The notes beneath the pieces were generated by a model. That model saw only the letters and a list, made by a program, of their open reading frames with translations. It did not search any database and was not told where the DNA came from. Of a stretch of 64,000 bases of DNA, positions 23,774-37,185 are shown piece by piece; positions within the stretch are counted from its first letter, which is position 1; each line of letters starts with the position of its first letter. Location: assembly GCA_965113315.1 (NCBI GenBank), contig OZ220372.1; one strand, 5' to 3'. This DNA comes from Podarcis vaucheri. Taxonomy: Eukaryota. A program made the position numbers and the translations under genes.

Positions 23774-26400
23774 TTCATAGTACACTTAATCTTCATTAAA
23801 TAAATGCATAAACATGGAGGGAAAACTGAAGTGCAACCAGAGTTTAGACTCTGGGTCCTCCAATGTGACATCCACAGTGTCAAACATCCCCCTTAGCATA
23901 AGAGCATAAGAAAAGCCTAGTGGACCAGGCCAAAGGTTGATCTGTTTTGTAACTAGCAGGGGTCCTCCATGACCATAACAGCCATGACAGTTGGGGACCC
24001 CTGCTTTAGACAAAACCTCAGCCTTCATCAGGCTACCAGAGAAGGAAATATTTCCTTGAACAAACAGCCAGATACTAAGTATATCAAATATTTACAACAT
24101 CAGCACATACACACATACACTGGCCCAAGCTCCAAGAAGCACATATCCCATAGGAAGCTATACCAGCATTTATTTAGAAGCTGCTTCTAGTGTTAGACAG
24201 CAGACAAAACTAAAGAGCTAATCGCAAACATTACAGTAAACCACATCAAACAGGCAACCTTTGGGAAGAGGATCTGATATTGCAACGAGAGCGCTAGCTG
24301 CTGGGTTTTGGTCTATAAGCAGTTCATGATCGGTCATGTAGCAGAGAGAAGAAAATACTGGCTCAGGAGGTACACACAAGACCATGCCCTTGCATTCCAG
24401 ATTAGTAATCAAATTAAGACCGTCCCACAACACCCTGCCATTTCTGTTCTCACAACTCACCAGCATGGAAAACATCACACTGGGGCAGTGAAGAGCAAAG
24501 GTGGCTCTATGAAGTACAACTAAGCAACGGGGAACAGACTGCAGTTGTGTATTTCTTCCTCACAGCTGCTCCCCTCTCTCCTTCACTGCAGTCAAGCCAT
24601 GTATTGTCACTGACACAATCCTGCAGACTGCTCCTGATCTCTCTACTGAGATAAGGGAGCTGCTTTGTTTTATGCATCCCAGTTCAATATCAGAACTGGA
24701 GAGGATTAGTTAGTCCATGGAACGTTTAACCATCCTTTCATCCATGTAACTGGAGGAGTTAAGATTGGTAAAATGACCAATTACTTCTACTCTTTCAGTA
24801 CATATTCCTTCTTGATGCAACTCTCAATGCATATTAATAACAGTTCTTTGCTGAGGATTAAGATACCTGGAATGTCTGCAATATTCAAAATACACAACAA
24901 AACAACCATTAAGCACCCCAATGGCTATTTAGGGGTGAAGTAATTCTCACTCTTCATCACATGTTGGCCACCTGTGTGAATCAGATGTGGTAGAAGCGCT
25001 AACCAATCCATGCTAAGCAGCTATATGAACGTTGAGGCAGCTTCAGGACTCTAAGCCCAGGGATTGGGTACCAAGGCCCTACAGATGTTGCTGGGCTGCA
25101 ACTCCCACCCTCCCTGTCTATTGCCTATGTTGGCTGGGGAAGGTTGAAGTGGGAATCCCACAACATCTGGAAGGCCACAGGTTCCCACTTCTGCTCTGTG
25201 CAGACATGAATAAGTAACTGCTTCATGACTTATCAGAACCCACCACATTGTTACTACTACCCTCTCCCATGATGCTGTTTCCAGCATCCCCAGGTACCTC
25301 CTCCTTCCTTTGCATCCCAGATGTAATGTGGAACCTGCCAGGAAAAGCCTGAAGGCAAGCATGTGGGAAGTTGGGGGGGGGCAGGGAAGGGTCCAATAAA
25401 AAACAACAACAGCTCAAATATAGGTATGTTAAACATGGGAAGAAACTCAGCATCTGAAAGACAGTCACATTTACAAGCTTACATCATCATCCTTGGACAG
25501 CTGCCTGAGCTGTAATTTATCATCAAAGATAAAAGTGGCCATTCTGAGTGCTTACTCACAAGCAGATCTTTTAGCAGGAAAAGGTACAAATTATTTACTC
25601 AACATGCAAATAATCATACTTGCAAATAAGACCTCCATCTTGCCATTTGAAACAGCGCTTGTAGGGTGTTCTTCACTGTCACAAAACTGAACAGTGCAAG
25701 GAACTTAGCACCTCTTTGATGAGGTAGTGACTTTCCCATAAAGCTTGGAAATTGAGTCCTAAACCAGTGATATGGTTTGTCATGAGGTGTAATCCATACA
25801 AGCCATTCCCAGTACACATCGGAGGAACAACAACTGGAACAAACATACCAGCTTTGCAAGCTGCATCTCATTCTCAACAGGAGCAATGTGAGATGATAAA
25901 TTGATGCTACAGATCACACAACTGAGGTCGAGACATAGCCAGTGGAATCATTTAGGAAAGAGATCCAGCATTTCAGGCCATAAGTGAGGATTCCTCAGGA
26001 GGACCTATATTTCTGGATCAATGTGTTTGTTCTATACCCCAATGGACAACTGATATAAAGCAATTAAGTGGTCAGTGTGCTAAATATGCATGTCACAGTT
26101 CCTACATTTGCTAAAAGTGTGTTTGTATAGATAGGCAGATCATTTGACCTATGTAGATACCATATATAGTTATTAATAGATGTGAAAAGCAATGTTCTTC
26201 ATAAACACTGAGTTTTTACAGTATAATCCCAGATATATCCAAAAGTGGGCTTTTGTCTGCAGGTTTCTTCCAGCCCAGCTAAAGTAAATTAATAGGCAAT
26301 ATTAAACATTAATCACTTCAGCTTTCCTAAGGTTTCATTATTTATCTTGGCTTTGAAAGAGCACAGCTAGCTCAACATTTCCCACCCAGTTTAATCTTAC

Positions 26401-26495
26401 CTCTCGCTTGGATCTCTGTGAAGAGCGCTCTAAGACGTCATCGTTGGAGAGGTCAGAGTCCTCAGAGAAGCTTAAGTGTCGACGTAGTTGCAAAT
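26401..26495 (-). CDS. MICAL3: MICAL3 coding exon (95 nt): DLQLRRHLSFSEDSDLSNDDVLERSSQRSKRE
   Basis: Acceptor tctttaccattgcag|AT, donor GAG|gtaaga, phase 1 to 0. Confidence 0.95.
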
Positions 26496-28361
26496 CTGCA
26501 ATGGTAAAGAAACAAATCAGATGACACAGCCAGAGGAGCAGCTGGCATCATAACGAACTTAGATGATGAGTCTCTTGAAGTCTGAAAAAAACAACACACC
26601 ACCCGCTGCTGCTACATTGACTAGAACAGATGCCCCTTTCTCCCGGAGCAATGCCCTGGCCGTTTGTGATTCCCCCTCCCCATTTTTAATGATGTTCTTT
26701 GACATCTGTGTGCTCAATTTCTTTAATGCTGAAGGACACATTTCTCCTCCCTGGTCCCTACTAAATTTATTTCTAACCTCATCACTGAGAGCCATGGTGG
26801 TGCAGTGGTTAGAGTGTCAAACTGGGCAGGAACTGGGGAGACTCGGGTTCAAATCCTCACTTGGTCATGAAGTTCACTGGGTGACCTTGAGGTATTCACC
26901 TAGCCTATCTCACAGGGTGGTTGTTGTGAAGATAAGAAGGAGTGTCTGTTTATGCATCTATGAGTTCAGTGGAAGAAAGCAAATAAACACCAGGTTTATC
27001 TGTCCCTGTTTTACCTACAGTAAGACTACATCCCTCCTCTTCTATGACATGGGAAAGAGATATCGTGCTGCTGGCATTAATTATAATAATCTGCGGAAGA
27101 TCTAAGAGTGTGACCTTTTTGCACCTCCACTAGTAACTTTCTCAGATGCCTTGATTTATACTTCTCCAATACTTTTCTTCAAAAAGCAGTGTAGATGTTT
27201 CTTGAAGAACAGCTGGGACTTGTTCTTTCCATGCCAAGCAAGTTATCTGGAAGGTATGCTACCAATTAGGCTGATACCATTGCAACTGGAATGGAAGTTT
27301 ATGAGCTGGGCCTCAAGCTGCAAGTTGCTGAATATTTCTGATTTCGTCTGAGGCACCATTATTACTTATTCTCCAGATAATCAACCTGCTATTTCAAAAG
27401 TTATAAACTGAGTCAGACAATATATGAGAAAGAAAACCATCAGATTACTCAGAACACTATCCTCCAAACGGATTTGTCCAAGTGGCTTAAAATAAGAGCA
27501 GGGCACAGAACCAGATGAACCTAATCCTAAACTCCCAAGCGTGGTTGACAATGAAGCAGACTGTTCATACTGACTTCACCAGGCTTGAGATGGGAACTGG
27601 GGGGAGAAAACGATGACTCATACATCAAGCCTAACACTGCTGCTGATTCAAATATCCCTAGAGTCTGGGTGTTGCAGCAAAATGGAAACTCATGGATGTG
27701 TCCAGTCATGCCTCACAAAACTAGGCCACAGATGGGATCTTTTGTAGCCCATTTGGGGCCCTTGGATAAAACAGCTGCTCCCAGTTAGGCAGGGGACAGT
27801 AATACCACTGGGTAGCTGTGTACCCCTTCCCCAAATGTGCATGCCTATGAATATGCTGCTTAGGAGTAGGGGGCTAATTCTCAATCATCATCAGAGCAAC
27901 TGCCCCCCCCCCCAATCTGGCCTCCCACAAGAAAGCTGTTTCAACAATTTCATTTTTAAAAGAGAAAGAGGTTGCAAGAATTGAAGAAGTCCCTGAAAGC
28001 ACCCACAGAAAATATACATGTGCCTTGCATACATCACTTCAAAGGGAGCGTGTGGTGTGTTGTTCGCCAGATACCATCCATGACTGCTTGGAACTGGGGT
28101 ACATGAACATCCAGAGGAACAGATATTCCTATTCCTCGAGCTGAAACTAGAAATCCCATGCTTTTGTAAATTACTATTTTTTTTCATGCTTTCCTTGTTC
28201 CTCTTCTGCCTTTTTATGCTTATCTCTCCCCTCCCCCCTTAATCACCTCCCAAATCACAGGTTACATTGCTCAAATATCTCTTGGGCTCATATTCTGTGC
28301 ATGGAAGGAATCTGCAAAAGATTTTCAGGTTCACTAAAGAATGCAGTCAGTGACACTATAC

Positions 28362-30213
28362 CTGCTGCTCTAACAATTGGAGACGCCTTATGCTTCCCAG
28401 AATCCACTGTGGCCCCACTGGAAGGTGTACTAGGGCAGGATTTGTCATCTGTCTTTTTCTTCTTGTCTTTCTTATAGCCAGAGAACACAGACTTCCACAG
28501 TGATTTGGGCTTCGTGGCTTCCTCAGCCGCACTGCTGGATTTGTCAGAGAGCTTGCTGTCATTCTTGGACTTCTTCTCCTTTTTGTTCTTGCGGGGGGAG
28601 AAGAGAGAAGTCCTTTTCTTACTCTTCCCTCCAGAGCCTTCTGAGGATGTGACTGACCCATCACGCCCACTGGTGTCTGCAAAGGGTGAAAAGAACCTGT
28701 CACTACTAGCCTCGTGTTTCAGCGTGGGGCCTTCGCCAGCTTTCATACCCAAATGCTTCTGGGATTCAAAATACAGCTCTTTGGTCTTTGAAGGCATGGT
28801 AGATGCCTTGTGCAACTTGGCAGCGCCAGCAGCATTGGCCATCTCCAGCTCTTTCATCTTGCATAGCTGCTTAGCCATGGCATCGCGTAAGGCCTGGCTC
28901 TTGATGGACTTCTCTCTGGCTCTCATTCTTTCCTCTGCTAGCTCCTTCGCTTCTGCAGAGACTTGAGAGAGGCCTCTCTTTTGCTGGCTCCCCCCTTCCA
29001 TTGATGGTGGCCCACCATTCTCCTTAACAAAATGTAGGTGAAGAGACTTCTCTGGCCTCGGTCTACTGGGGGGCGTGTAATATTTTTCATGGATGCTCGA
29101 ATCCTCAGTCCTCTCATCGTAAGTGTCCTCCACGTCATCGGCAAATGGTATCTCATCTACACTCTCCACAAATGATTTCCGTACCTCCTCTCTGGAGGGC
29201 TGGGATGGCTCCCTGGCTGGCCGGATCCTTTCATTGGCTGCTGGTGGCGGGTGAGGTGTTTGCATAGAAGCCGGCTTAGACTCAGCCTCGTTCTGCCAAG
29301 TTGCCTGGTGCCTTTTTCTCCGTAGTGTTGCTGGCTCTTCGTTTTGAGGTGGTGGAGGAGGAGGGCTGGATGGAGGAGTGAGCATGGTGGAATCGGAAGT
29401 GTTGAAACTCTGGCTGGCCAATGTTCTCATGTTTGATGAACTGCCCTGAAGACCCAGTCCAGAACTGCTGGACAGCTCTCTCTTAACATCACTTAAATTT
29501 TTCAACTCTCTCTCTGATGGGGACTTTGGAGTCAGCAAAGAAAACTGCTCACTGTCTAGCTTTGCTGTGACTGGCTTCTTTGACTGAGGTTTTACAATGT
29601 GGATCCCCTTCTCTTCTGAAATACGCTCAGGGGTGTATGTTTTCAGGGGGGCAGACTCAAGGGGGGAAATGGTAAAGCTTGGCTCTGGTCCTCTGCTTCT
29701 GTTCACAGGGGTGAGACCCAAACTCCTCCGGATTTCAGCACTCTTCATCCAGAACTCCTCCACAAGATTATTCCTTTTCAAAGCTTCTTCTGCTGTGGTA
29801 GGGCTCCCCAATTTTTCCATCTCTCCATCTTGATTTTTTAGGGCAAGCTTGGCCAAAGGAGTGGAAGTTAAGGCTGGGACTGGCTGGAAACACACAGGTT
29901 CCCCTGGAGATTGAATGGATGCTTCACCAGAAGGTAAAGGCTGTGAACAAATAGGCAAGGGGGTGGCAGGTGGAGATGCAGGTGCTGCAGGAGTTGCTGG
30001 CTGCGATTTTACAGGTGATGTTGGTGTGATAGTCTCAGGCATTGCAACTGGCTGGGACCGTATTGGAGAAAGTGGTGCAGGTGGGCTTTTGACTTTTTGG
30101 TCATCAGAGATCTTGACTTGCGCCTCCTCTCCTGGGAGGAACGGTTCAGGGAAAAACCGTACATCTGGGGATTCATCTTTGCAGGGCGCTGTTGCAAGAA
30201 GCTCCTTTGAGTC
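28362..30213 (-). CDS. MICAL3: MICAL3 large Pro/Ser-rich coding exon (1852 nt): DSKELLATAP...FFPEPFLP...SPIRSQP...VDSGKHKASPIVRAA
   Basis: Acceptor tctgtctgtgtag|GAC, donor GCAG|gtatag, phase 0 to 1. Contains most of ORF 28288..30042 with many MICAL3 motifs. Confidence 0.97.
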
Positions 30214-30342
30214 CTACACAGACAGATATAAAACACAGAGCATCATCAGTGGAACAAAACACCCACCAGCAGGTTCTAGACCAAGGAGTTCCAAACTTTG
30301 TACATATACCAGCTGCTCCATGTTTGCCACAGACCCCTAGAT

Positions 30343-31118
30343 TGTTACGAGCAATTCTGGGAAATATTCTAGAATGCACACTCTCCTCATATGAGGAGGA
30401 TGCAATATTGCTGGCTGCAGGGATCTGGATTGCCAGTGTGTCACCTACAGGGAAAGTACTGAGCAAGTAGACCCAAGCAGGATTGAAAAATGGGTGGCCA
30501 AGACTGCAAAGGTCCTAAGTGGGAAGAGAACCTAACCGTGGGGGAGAGGGGGACAGGAGAACTGTCCCCATGTTGCAGGTTGGTTTCTCATATTTGTTTA
30601 TGGCCCCCATGGTGATAGCTGATGCAGAAGTTTGTTTGTGGGAGTGGTAGTGACGTGGGTCCAGCTCAGGCAGCCGCTACCTGCAATATACTGGTGGTGG
30701 CAACAGCAGCAATAGCTGAGTAAGAAGCGGCCATAGAGTAAAGTGGTGTGGCATCGTTGGTGGTGGCGGTGGCAGCAGGGACGCCTGGGTCTAAACTGAG
30801 CTAAGACACGTTGGGAGCATTGACATGGGAGAGGGAAGGTGGCAAACAGACCTGGCACATACACTAGTCGTCCACCAAGGGTGAAGTTCCGCCGACTACA
30901 GTGATCTGTTCCCAGCAAGAAGCATGCTGGTGAAGAAGAACCCAGCAAGACTGAACCCTTCTGCATTCTGCAGTGCAGTTGGGGAAGCAAGAAAGAAGAA
31001 ACAATTTCTCCTTCCCTGTCCCAGTTGCATAGGATCTAAAAGAACCAAACTAAATATTAACCCAGCCTCCTGAATTGATTTGGGGCAGGACTGGGGAGCA
31101 TACACAGCCCTTGTAACA
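30343..31118. mobile_element. Probable solo LTR
   Basis: Inverted termini TGTTACGAG ... CTTGTAACA (TG..CA) about 776 bp apart with a GC-richer interior. No convincing TSD. Confidence 0.5.
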
Positions 31119-32756
31119 AATCACATTTTCCAGTTATAAATATCAGGGAGGATTTTGTTTCTAAGAATTCCCATGCAACATTGGGTACTTTCCACTATCA
31201 GAATTTAATTCACAACCCTAGCTCTCAACAGATTCAGTAATATGAGGCAAAACAGACAGACAGCTGGTGAATAAGGACCACGATTAAGGACTACAGTACT
31301 AGCCAATATGAGTTATTCCTTCTTCAGGCATTATGACAGCTTTACTTTTATATCTATTTAGATCGCTGTGTACTTTTTGGACACTGTGTTCTGTATTGTT
31401 CTGTATTTTTTTGAATTTAAGCATTTAAGTTGTGCTAAAAAAAACACAAGGCACGTGGATTGTATTTCATAACACTAGTCACACGAAGTGCCAGCAAAGA
31501 TGATTGTTGGGTGACTTCTGACACATCCTCAAGGAATGACTGACTCAGCTCTGAATAAGTTGGAAAATTGTCCTGCAAAAGACTGAAGAAGATTCTGGGA
31601 AATGAGTCTTTTACCTACAAATCTATGGGAAAGAATAAGGAGAAAGTCTCATTCTGCCACCGCCCACCCCCCTTGTCACAGAATATAGCCAATTAAAAGT
31701 ACTGCTTGATACTAGCAAGCTGTTTCTTAACATCCAAAGTAAATCAGCTTTTCAAAAAGCTAAGAAAACTCCAGAGCATGAGGTACAAAAGTCAAACATG
31801 GCTTCACCCTAAGGTGTCAGCTGCCTCACATATTGTATCCATGACCTGAGAGCCTTCTCTGTGATGGTGTCCCAGCTGGCCTCCTGTCTTGTAGTGGCCC
31901 TTCTTTCATTAGCTTAAAATGATTTTATTTACTCAGGCATTTACAGTGGGGGCGGGGCAGTCATTTGAAAGATGCGTATTTTCTGTTGTTCTATAGACAT
32001 TTAGCTGATGGGTGGGATATAAATATTTCAATAAATAAATAAATTCTTGTTAATCAAATGAAGAGTAGTGTTTTCTAAATGCATATGCACTGTGTCCTTA
32101 CAGAATAATATATGGATGCACTGCGGGCTTTGCTTGCAAAAACAACAAAAATGAGAGCACCAACAGGGATGAGATCACACCTTCTCCATAGGTAGGTTTG
32201 TGTTCCTAGGATTCTAAGTGTGTAGAAAGGGCCTGTCTTGATTTTTGAAATATGCTTTAGACTGCTGAGCAACTTTATGAATAATAAATATTGTTATTAA
32301 AAGTCACTATTTGTACAAAAGCACAGTGTTCACAAATGAGGCCTCTGTTTTGTACTCTGGATTCCCCCCCCCCCCAAGTACCAAATATAACGTAGGCAGC
32401 ACTCTCACAAATTCAGTGGCTTCAGCTACCTCAATTAATTTCTTAAAACGCATTCCCATTAATTTTTCACCAATTTTTGTTCTAAGCATATTCATGGCAG
32501 AATGTTTGGAACTTCTTTTTATACAGAGATTCCAAACCAATTATTTGTCAGTCCTGTTTCAATGAGAGAAGCACTTCCACATGCATTTATGTTGCAAGCC
32601 AATCTATTATAAAGCAACACAAATAAAAATTGAAAATAAGCTTACAAATATTTTGTGTATGGAATCAGGGGTTGTGATCAAGTTTCTCTTTTAACATTTT
32701 ACTCAGCTGGGTACGCAAGCATTAGCTATTAAGAAAATCACAATCCCTTTTCTTAC

Positions 32757-32848
32757 TTCTTTTTCTTCTTCCTTGTGGTTTTCAGCTGGAGTCGGCAGAG
32801 CAGCCCTCTCACACGGTGACTGATCAGGCAGACAAAGCTTGCAAGGGT
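32757..32848 (-). CDS. MICAL3: MICAL3 coding exon (92 nt): DPCKLCLPDQSPCERAALPTPAENHKEEEKE
   Basis: Acceptor gttttccttcag|AC, donor AGAA|gtaaga, phase 1 to 0, which is the phase change needed to join the large exon. The sequence itself is poorly conserved. Confidence 0.8.
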
Positions 32849-34003
32849 CTGAAGGAAAACCAACAAATAAGTCCATAATTATTTTAAACCAAATGAAGTG
32901 CATTGAGTTTACCGCCGCCTCCTTGCTTATTTCCAGATAGTCAACTTGGTACTTAACTTGAACACTACCATTCCACCCAGTTATACAAGACAGTCACAGT
33001 GCTATGGTCAGTGCAGCCTGATGTGATGCATATTACTTGGCAGCAAGTACTATTAAAATGAGTGGAGATTACTCACAAATAGGTATGCACAGGATTGTAG
33101 CTTTAGATGCTAAAATATTACACTGCTTGTAGAGGTGTGGCTCATTACAGGTCAAAAAGAAATATGTTTAGCAGTAAAGGGTAGTTGGACCAGACACAAG
33201 GTCAATCCTAGTCTATCCTGCTTCCCATAGTGGCCTCTGCGATGCCTCTGAGAAGTGCACAAGAAGGATTCAGAGACATGAATTGTAGCTTATAGTCATT
33301 GATAACCCTGTCTTCCATGCATTTGCCTAATTGCTTCAAAGCTACGTAAGCTAGTGGCTACCACCACATTTTGTGGTAGCAAATTCCATAAATTCTAGAA
33401 GGGCAGGATGAAAATTAAGCCAGAAGATGACAAGAGAAGCCTTCATTTCCAGGGAAGATAGTAACAAACCCCAAAGGCAAGACAGCAGAAGCAGCTTCCA
33501 CAAGACTCCTGCCAGTCTAAGATGGTTGGCTGTAAGTCGTGGAGTCCTCCTTCTATAGAGCCAAAAGGAAGCCACTGATGGAAACTAGCACCACAGAGGT
33601 ATCCCATACTGAGAAGACTCCCCAATGTGAACATGGCTCCAGCTAGTACCCCCTTATGAAGCCTGAATATCCAAGTAAGATCAGCTGCCATAAAAATGTC
33701 AGATGTCAAGTATTATTCCTTGGCCTTTTATTCTTTTTCGGCTTTTGACAAATCAGGTTTTAAAAAGGCAGCCTAGACTTAAGCAAGACTATCATTCCCA
33801 TAACCTGACACAACATTTTCCATGTGTACACCTTCATGGCAGCCACCTGCAAGCATTCCCTGAGCTGCAAATGTTCTCTGGCAACTTTGCCACCAGATTT
33901 ACCTAATGATAATGAGAACCATGTGTTAGAATACTGTACTGCCTGCAGTGCAGACTGCTCAAAACTGCCTGGGGCTTCAGACTTGATGATTAAATTTTGG
34001 TAC

Positions 34004-34138
34004 CTTCTGTCTCAACGGAAGGGGCAGCTGTCTCTTCTTCTTCTTCTGCTTCTTCTTTTTCAGAGACTTTCAGCTCCAGTTCTTCTGCCTCTTCTTGATG
34101 CAAGCGGCACTCTGCTTCTGCATCAGATGGGATGTCAT
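34004..34138 (-). CDS. MICAL3: MICAL3 coding exon (about 135 nt): DDIPSDAEAECRLHQEEAEELELKVSEKEEAEEEEETAAPSVETE
   Basis: Donor GAAG|gtacca. PSDA...ELELKVSE matches MICAL3. The 5' boundary is uncertain: the first in-frame AGs give starts at 34141 and 34138, about 20 nt past the pyrimidine tract. Confidence 0.85.
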
Positions 34139-34734
34139 CTGCTCCCCATTGTTTTTCACATGGAAAGGAACAGAACAAAAACTAAAGGATCTGACATGCA
34201 AATCTAGAGTGTTTTTGTGGTAAGATTTCACCGTGCCAACCCAGAGTCAAGAGAGATGAGTGAAGGGAAATGGTGGCTGTGACAGTAAGATCTGAAGGCA
34301 ATCAGATGGACGGAGGGTGGCTGGCTCACCTTCTGCATCTGATTCTCAAAACGCCCCCCCCCCCCATTAAAACAATCTGCTGGCCAAGGACTTGGCACAT
34401 TCTCTGAATAATTAACATAACCTTTATTACTTTTGTATACCCATTTAGAATATGGCTAGCTCTAGGCCAATATTGATAGCAATAGGTTCTCTCCACTCAT
34501 CTCAGAAGCTTTCTTGAGCACCGCTAATCCTCGATTGAATAAAACATTACAATTGTAATGACAACTGTCTCCACACACATTCACACACTGCTAAAACAGC
34601 ACATGCACTGAGCTCAAATGTTTTGGGGTTTGCTAAGTCTTGCACAAAATACCACCACTACACCCGTTTGAGACATGACTTTGTACTACAGAAACTACGT
34701 TTGACAACACACTAGGGAGTTCATGGTCCCATAC

Positions 34735-34827
34735 CATCATCCAACTCTGCACCGGTGTCCCCATCTTCAAGAGCTTCCGCAGGCTCGGTGCCTGCCTCAT
34801 CTTCATAGTCGTTCTCCTCACACAGGG
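34735..34827 (-). CDS. MICAL3: MICAL3 coding exon (93 nt): ALCEENDYEDEAGTEPAEALEDGDTGAELDD
   Basis: Acceptor tttattctag|CC, donor GATG|gtatgg, phase 1-1. GDTGAELDD is conserved in MICAL3. Confidence 0.92.
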
Positions 34828-36980
34828 CTAGAATAAATATGATACATAAAGAAACGGGGGTAGGGGAGAAAACAGATCTATGTAAGTTCAAGTTCTAAGT
34901 TGTACTGTGGTCTCTTCAGAAGTCCACTTTTGTGTGTGAAGATCTAAGCGCCAGAAACAGTAATATCATGTGATGCAGACGCTGCTGAACTATACCACTA
35001 GTTAAAACTGAGGTGTGCTGTATGTTTGTATGCTGCCCCCATAAAACCACACTTTGCATATTAAACCTAGCATGTCAGAGAGAAAACTATATAGAACATT
35101 TTTTTTTAAAAAAAACCCTAAACAAAACATGGAAGCATTCAAACCTATTTGCATTTGAAATGGTAAAGCCAACCTTGAGTTGCACTATACTACACTACTG
35201 ATCATATAGCTCAGCTCACAGATACTTTTAATTGGTTCACTTTACCCATCTCTGCCCTGAAATTGCCTAGGCGACCTCTTAGATCATAATCTGAAAGTCT
35301 ATGACACCAGATTTGTTTTCTGTTGGGTGCATTTTGTCTTGCAAAGCAGTAGTTTCAAAGCACAGTCATATTTGGCATACGTTTACCAGACTTTGGCTGG
35401 TCTGTGCAACTATCCAAAGCAAGCACTGGTTGGGTAAAGTGGAATATAGCATCTCAGAGACTAAAAGAATTGGCGCTAAGTGATGCAACATTTTGGAACA
35501 TCCTTTTTAAAAAATGAAATTTTGTAATTGCCCAAGCTATCATGCAATTTCCCATGACTGCCCTGTTAACATTATCAAGATATATTTATTTTATTTATTT
35601 ATTGAATTTATATACCGCCATGCCCGGAGGTCTAAGGGTGGTTCACAGAATAACCTTAGGCTGATTCACAGAATAAAAATAAAGACCTCAGAAGTCAGTG
35701 ACATGTTTAATGGAGGTACAGATTGGGAACACATTGGTGCAAACATATATTGGTGTGGTGGAGAGACGTACCTATTCACAGTTATTGTACAAGTATGCAT
35801 TTACACACACTAGGCAGTTAAAGATGAAGTGCAAGGGGATAAAAGCTGTCACACCAAAATTTGTGAGCTATGCACTACTGTAGCCAGAAACGAATGGAGC
35901 CAACATTTTGTCCAAGTTGGTCAGCAGCCACAACTGGATAAGGCGGTATGCAGCCGTCCTGTAAGCTCTGCTGTCAGAAGCAAAAGGTTTTAGAAATGCA
36001 CTAACTACATTCATGCAAAACTCAGGTGCCAAATCTCAAGTAATCACTTTTCTATTATGCAAAATTAAGTTTCTAGCTTGTAAAAACCTGGTTCTTCTTT
36101 CCTAAAATGCCCTCAGTGACAGGGGTTATTCTGAATAATAAGTGCAGGGAGGGAGTAGGGCATTTTCCAGATGTTTTAGACTGCAGCTTCCTTCAGTCCC
36201 AGACAGCATGCTAAATGGCCACAACATCTGGAGTGCCATGTTGGCTACCCCTGATCCAGAAGATGGTCTGGCAAGAACAGCTAACATATTCCACCTTTCT
36301 CTCATATTTTAGGGTTACAACAAGCTTCGGTTTGTTAAAGTGTTTTCTCCTCTTTGAAATGAGGCCAAATTCAGGGGGTGCCCAGGTTTCTCTCAGGAAT
36401 AGAAGAACTTAGAAATTCACAACTAGCGGCCGCTGTAAATATGATGCTTCCAAGTCGCTGTGATATTTTCCAGCCAGGTGCCTGGGACTACACCCGGCTC
36501 ATGTCTGCCATATGCACATGGGCTATTGTAGCATAGTGGCTGTGAAGAAAATGTCTCTAATCCAAATGTCACCTCTGCTATGAATTCAGAGGAAGCTACA
36601 AGGCAAGCTATCGTCTCTTAAAATGATCTGACATCTTCAATGCAGGAATAATCTTAACCTATTCTACAGGATTAATGAGAAAAAGATTAATGATAGAAAA
36701 ATGTAACTTGAACCCTTTGCTGTATAATGCTATATAGTTCTATATAAATGGCCTTATTATTATTATTTGCATAAAACAACCTTCAAAACATAGAGGGATC
36801 TGCATAGCTTCTTTGAAGTGCCACGTACAAGAAACGTTAGATTTAAATTGGTCCTAATTTCCTACTGCACAAATGAAAAATCCGTTTCCTCCTCAACAAC
36901 AGCTGCAGTTCCTTCATAATACACATGGACCTCTTTTTTGTTTGGCCTGCCTTGGGAGAGGTTAACGTGGAAGCCTAGTT

Positions 36981-37046
36981 CATGCAAGAATTAACCATCT
37001 CAGTGAGACATGCAGCCTCCTCCCTTCTCCCCAAACCCAGCATGCA
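36981..37046 (-). promoter_or_regulatory. Cluster of three RBFOX elements (TGCATG) downstream of the 63-nt cassette exon
   Basis: CATGCA on + at 37041, 37009 and 36981. Confidence 0.6.
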
Positions 37047-37185
37047 GTAGCACCAAAGGCATAGATAGCTCCATGGTTAAAAAAGGGCCAGCAGCTGGAA
37101 CACTAAAATTCCGGGCAGGTGGGAGCACCAGCAGTGGCGGGCAGGGTTACTTGTGAGCTGTAAAACAGAACATCAGCAAAACTAC

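Noticed and set aside
26563-27105. 180-aa + ORF
   Set aside because: Runs through intronic sequence and a SINE; no recognisable domain or splice support.
28288-30042. 584-aa ORF as a stand-alone gene
   Set aside because: It is the interior of the large MICAL3 exon. The frame is open upstream to the acceptor at 30213, and the last roughly 24 codons are intron read-through past the donor at 28361.
28505-30340. + strand ORFs (153, 78 and 141 aa)
   Set aside because: Antisense shadows of the coding exon.
37151-37157. 7-nt micro-exon-like unit (ttttacag|CTCACAA|gtaacc)
   Set aside because: Frame-shifting and only 28 nt from the upstream donor, too short for an intron.
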